IMG/VR virus record: IMGVR_UViG_2778261352_000001
Span: 1,199-65,198 of that record
Reading direction: 5' to 3' (one strand)
DNA: 64,000 nucleotides
DNA from: a virus
Taxonomy: Duplodnaviria > Heunggongvirae > Uroviricota > Caudoviricetes
This document shows positions 63,285 to 64,000 of this stretch, piece by piece. Within the stretch, counting starts at the first letter, position 1. Each line of letters begins with the position of its first letter. A program made the position numbers and the translations under genes. Under the pieces are notes generated by a model. The model was not told the origin of the DNA, searched no databases, and worked only from the letters and a program-made list of their open reading frames with translations.

Positions 63285-63611
63285 TCAATGTCTGGCTTTT
63301 TTTCTATAGAAATCACCTGGAAGGGTGAATATCCACATCAGAAGAAATGTTGCAGCAAACATGATCCCTAATGGCCAGACCGCGCCAAAGAAAATCCATA
63401 CTAAGATCTCCTCTGCTCGTTCTTTGCGGTCGATATCGACAAGCATTTTTCGGCTGATCATGTATACACAGAAGCCAATACAAACATATCCTGCAAAAGC
63501 GATCGCTAACTGTAAAAAATCAGATTGCATCTCCGACCTCAAACTGAAAACGCCAGGTGACTCCAGATTAGAGCAATCTATCACCCTCTGAATCCTGCCG
63601 GTATACCCCAT
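63285..63611 (-). CDS. hypothetical membrane protein
   Basis: 108 aa with hydrophobic helices. Confidence 0.35.
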   Translation of the reverse strand: MGYTGRIQRVIDCSNLESPGVFSLRSEMQSDFLQLAIAFAGYVCIGFCVYMISRKMLVDIDRKERAEEILVWIFFGAVWPLGIMFAATFLLMWIFTLPGDFYRKKARH

Positions 63612-63934
63612 TGTTCGTTATCTTTATTTTTGGCTAAAACCGCATTAAGAGCTTCGTTCACCGTCATGCAATGCGGCAGATTATCGAAGTTTGATGCCCC
63701 GCCAATATCAGGAGAACGCTTGTTCTTCAGGTAAGCATATTTCCGCGCTGCCGCCTCTACTTTCTGCTTGAACTCATGTTTTTGAGCGCGTTTTTTGGAT
63801 AACCGCAGATTGTCAGCCTTTGCTTTTGCCTCAGCGATCCATGAAGTCAATTTTTTGAGTCGGGTCGTTCCGGCACCGCCGGAAACTGATCTTTTTGTTT
63901 TTTTAATTTGTGACTTCTTATTCTTTATTGCCAC
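63581..63934 (-). CDS. hypothetical basic protein
   Basis: 117 aa, Lys-rich. Confidence 0.35.
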   Translation of the reverse strand: MAIKNKKSQIKKTKRSVSGGAGTTRLKKLTSWIAEAKAKADNLRLSKKRAQKHEFKQKVEAAARKYAYLKNKRSPDIGGASNFDNLPHCMTVNEALNAVLAKNKDNEQWGIPAGFRG

Positions 63935-64000
63935 GTCATCCTGACAGGGGGAGGGGGTATCATTTTGACCTGGGGGGGTGGTTAAAAAATTTAATAAATC

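Overview
This 64 kb window reads as a P1-family temperate phage-plasmid, assigned by motif recognition and gene order only (no database search was possible). Recognised backbone: near-canonical Cre with a perfect 34-bp loxP, the C1/Coi immunity region with multiple C1 operators, PacA/PacB terminase with hexamer pac clusters, Phd-Doc, HumD with a LexA box, Ref, Dmt, Ssb, a SAR endolysin, the Dar antirestriction genes (DarA-operon-sized ORFs and a 2255-aa DarB), two tRNA genes, and the RepA iteron replicon with ParA/ParB/parS. The most unusual locus is at 1.5-6.6 kb: eight paralogous tail-collar-domain cassettes (one on +, seven on -), each preceded by a 26-bp Hin/Gin/Cin-type crossover site, next to a serine invertase and a single tail-fibre chaperone gene. 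This looks like a shufflon-like multiple-inversion host-range switch, more elaborate than the two-state P1 C-segment. The position between ref and lxc/ulx/darB, where P1 carries its type III restriction-modification genes (recalled, not verified), instead holds a low-GC GNAT acetyltransferase gene with a start-proximal hairpin. Other points flagged: a terminase-ATPase paralog with degenerate Walker motifs, an acidic small ORF ending the Dar operon, a tRNA-Thr-like gene whose acceptor stem does not pair, and a long GC-rich untranslated leader downstream of a C1 operator. Many small ORFs are hypothetical and their functions are not supported beyond position and composition.
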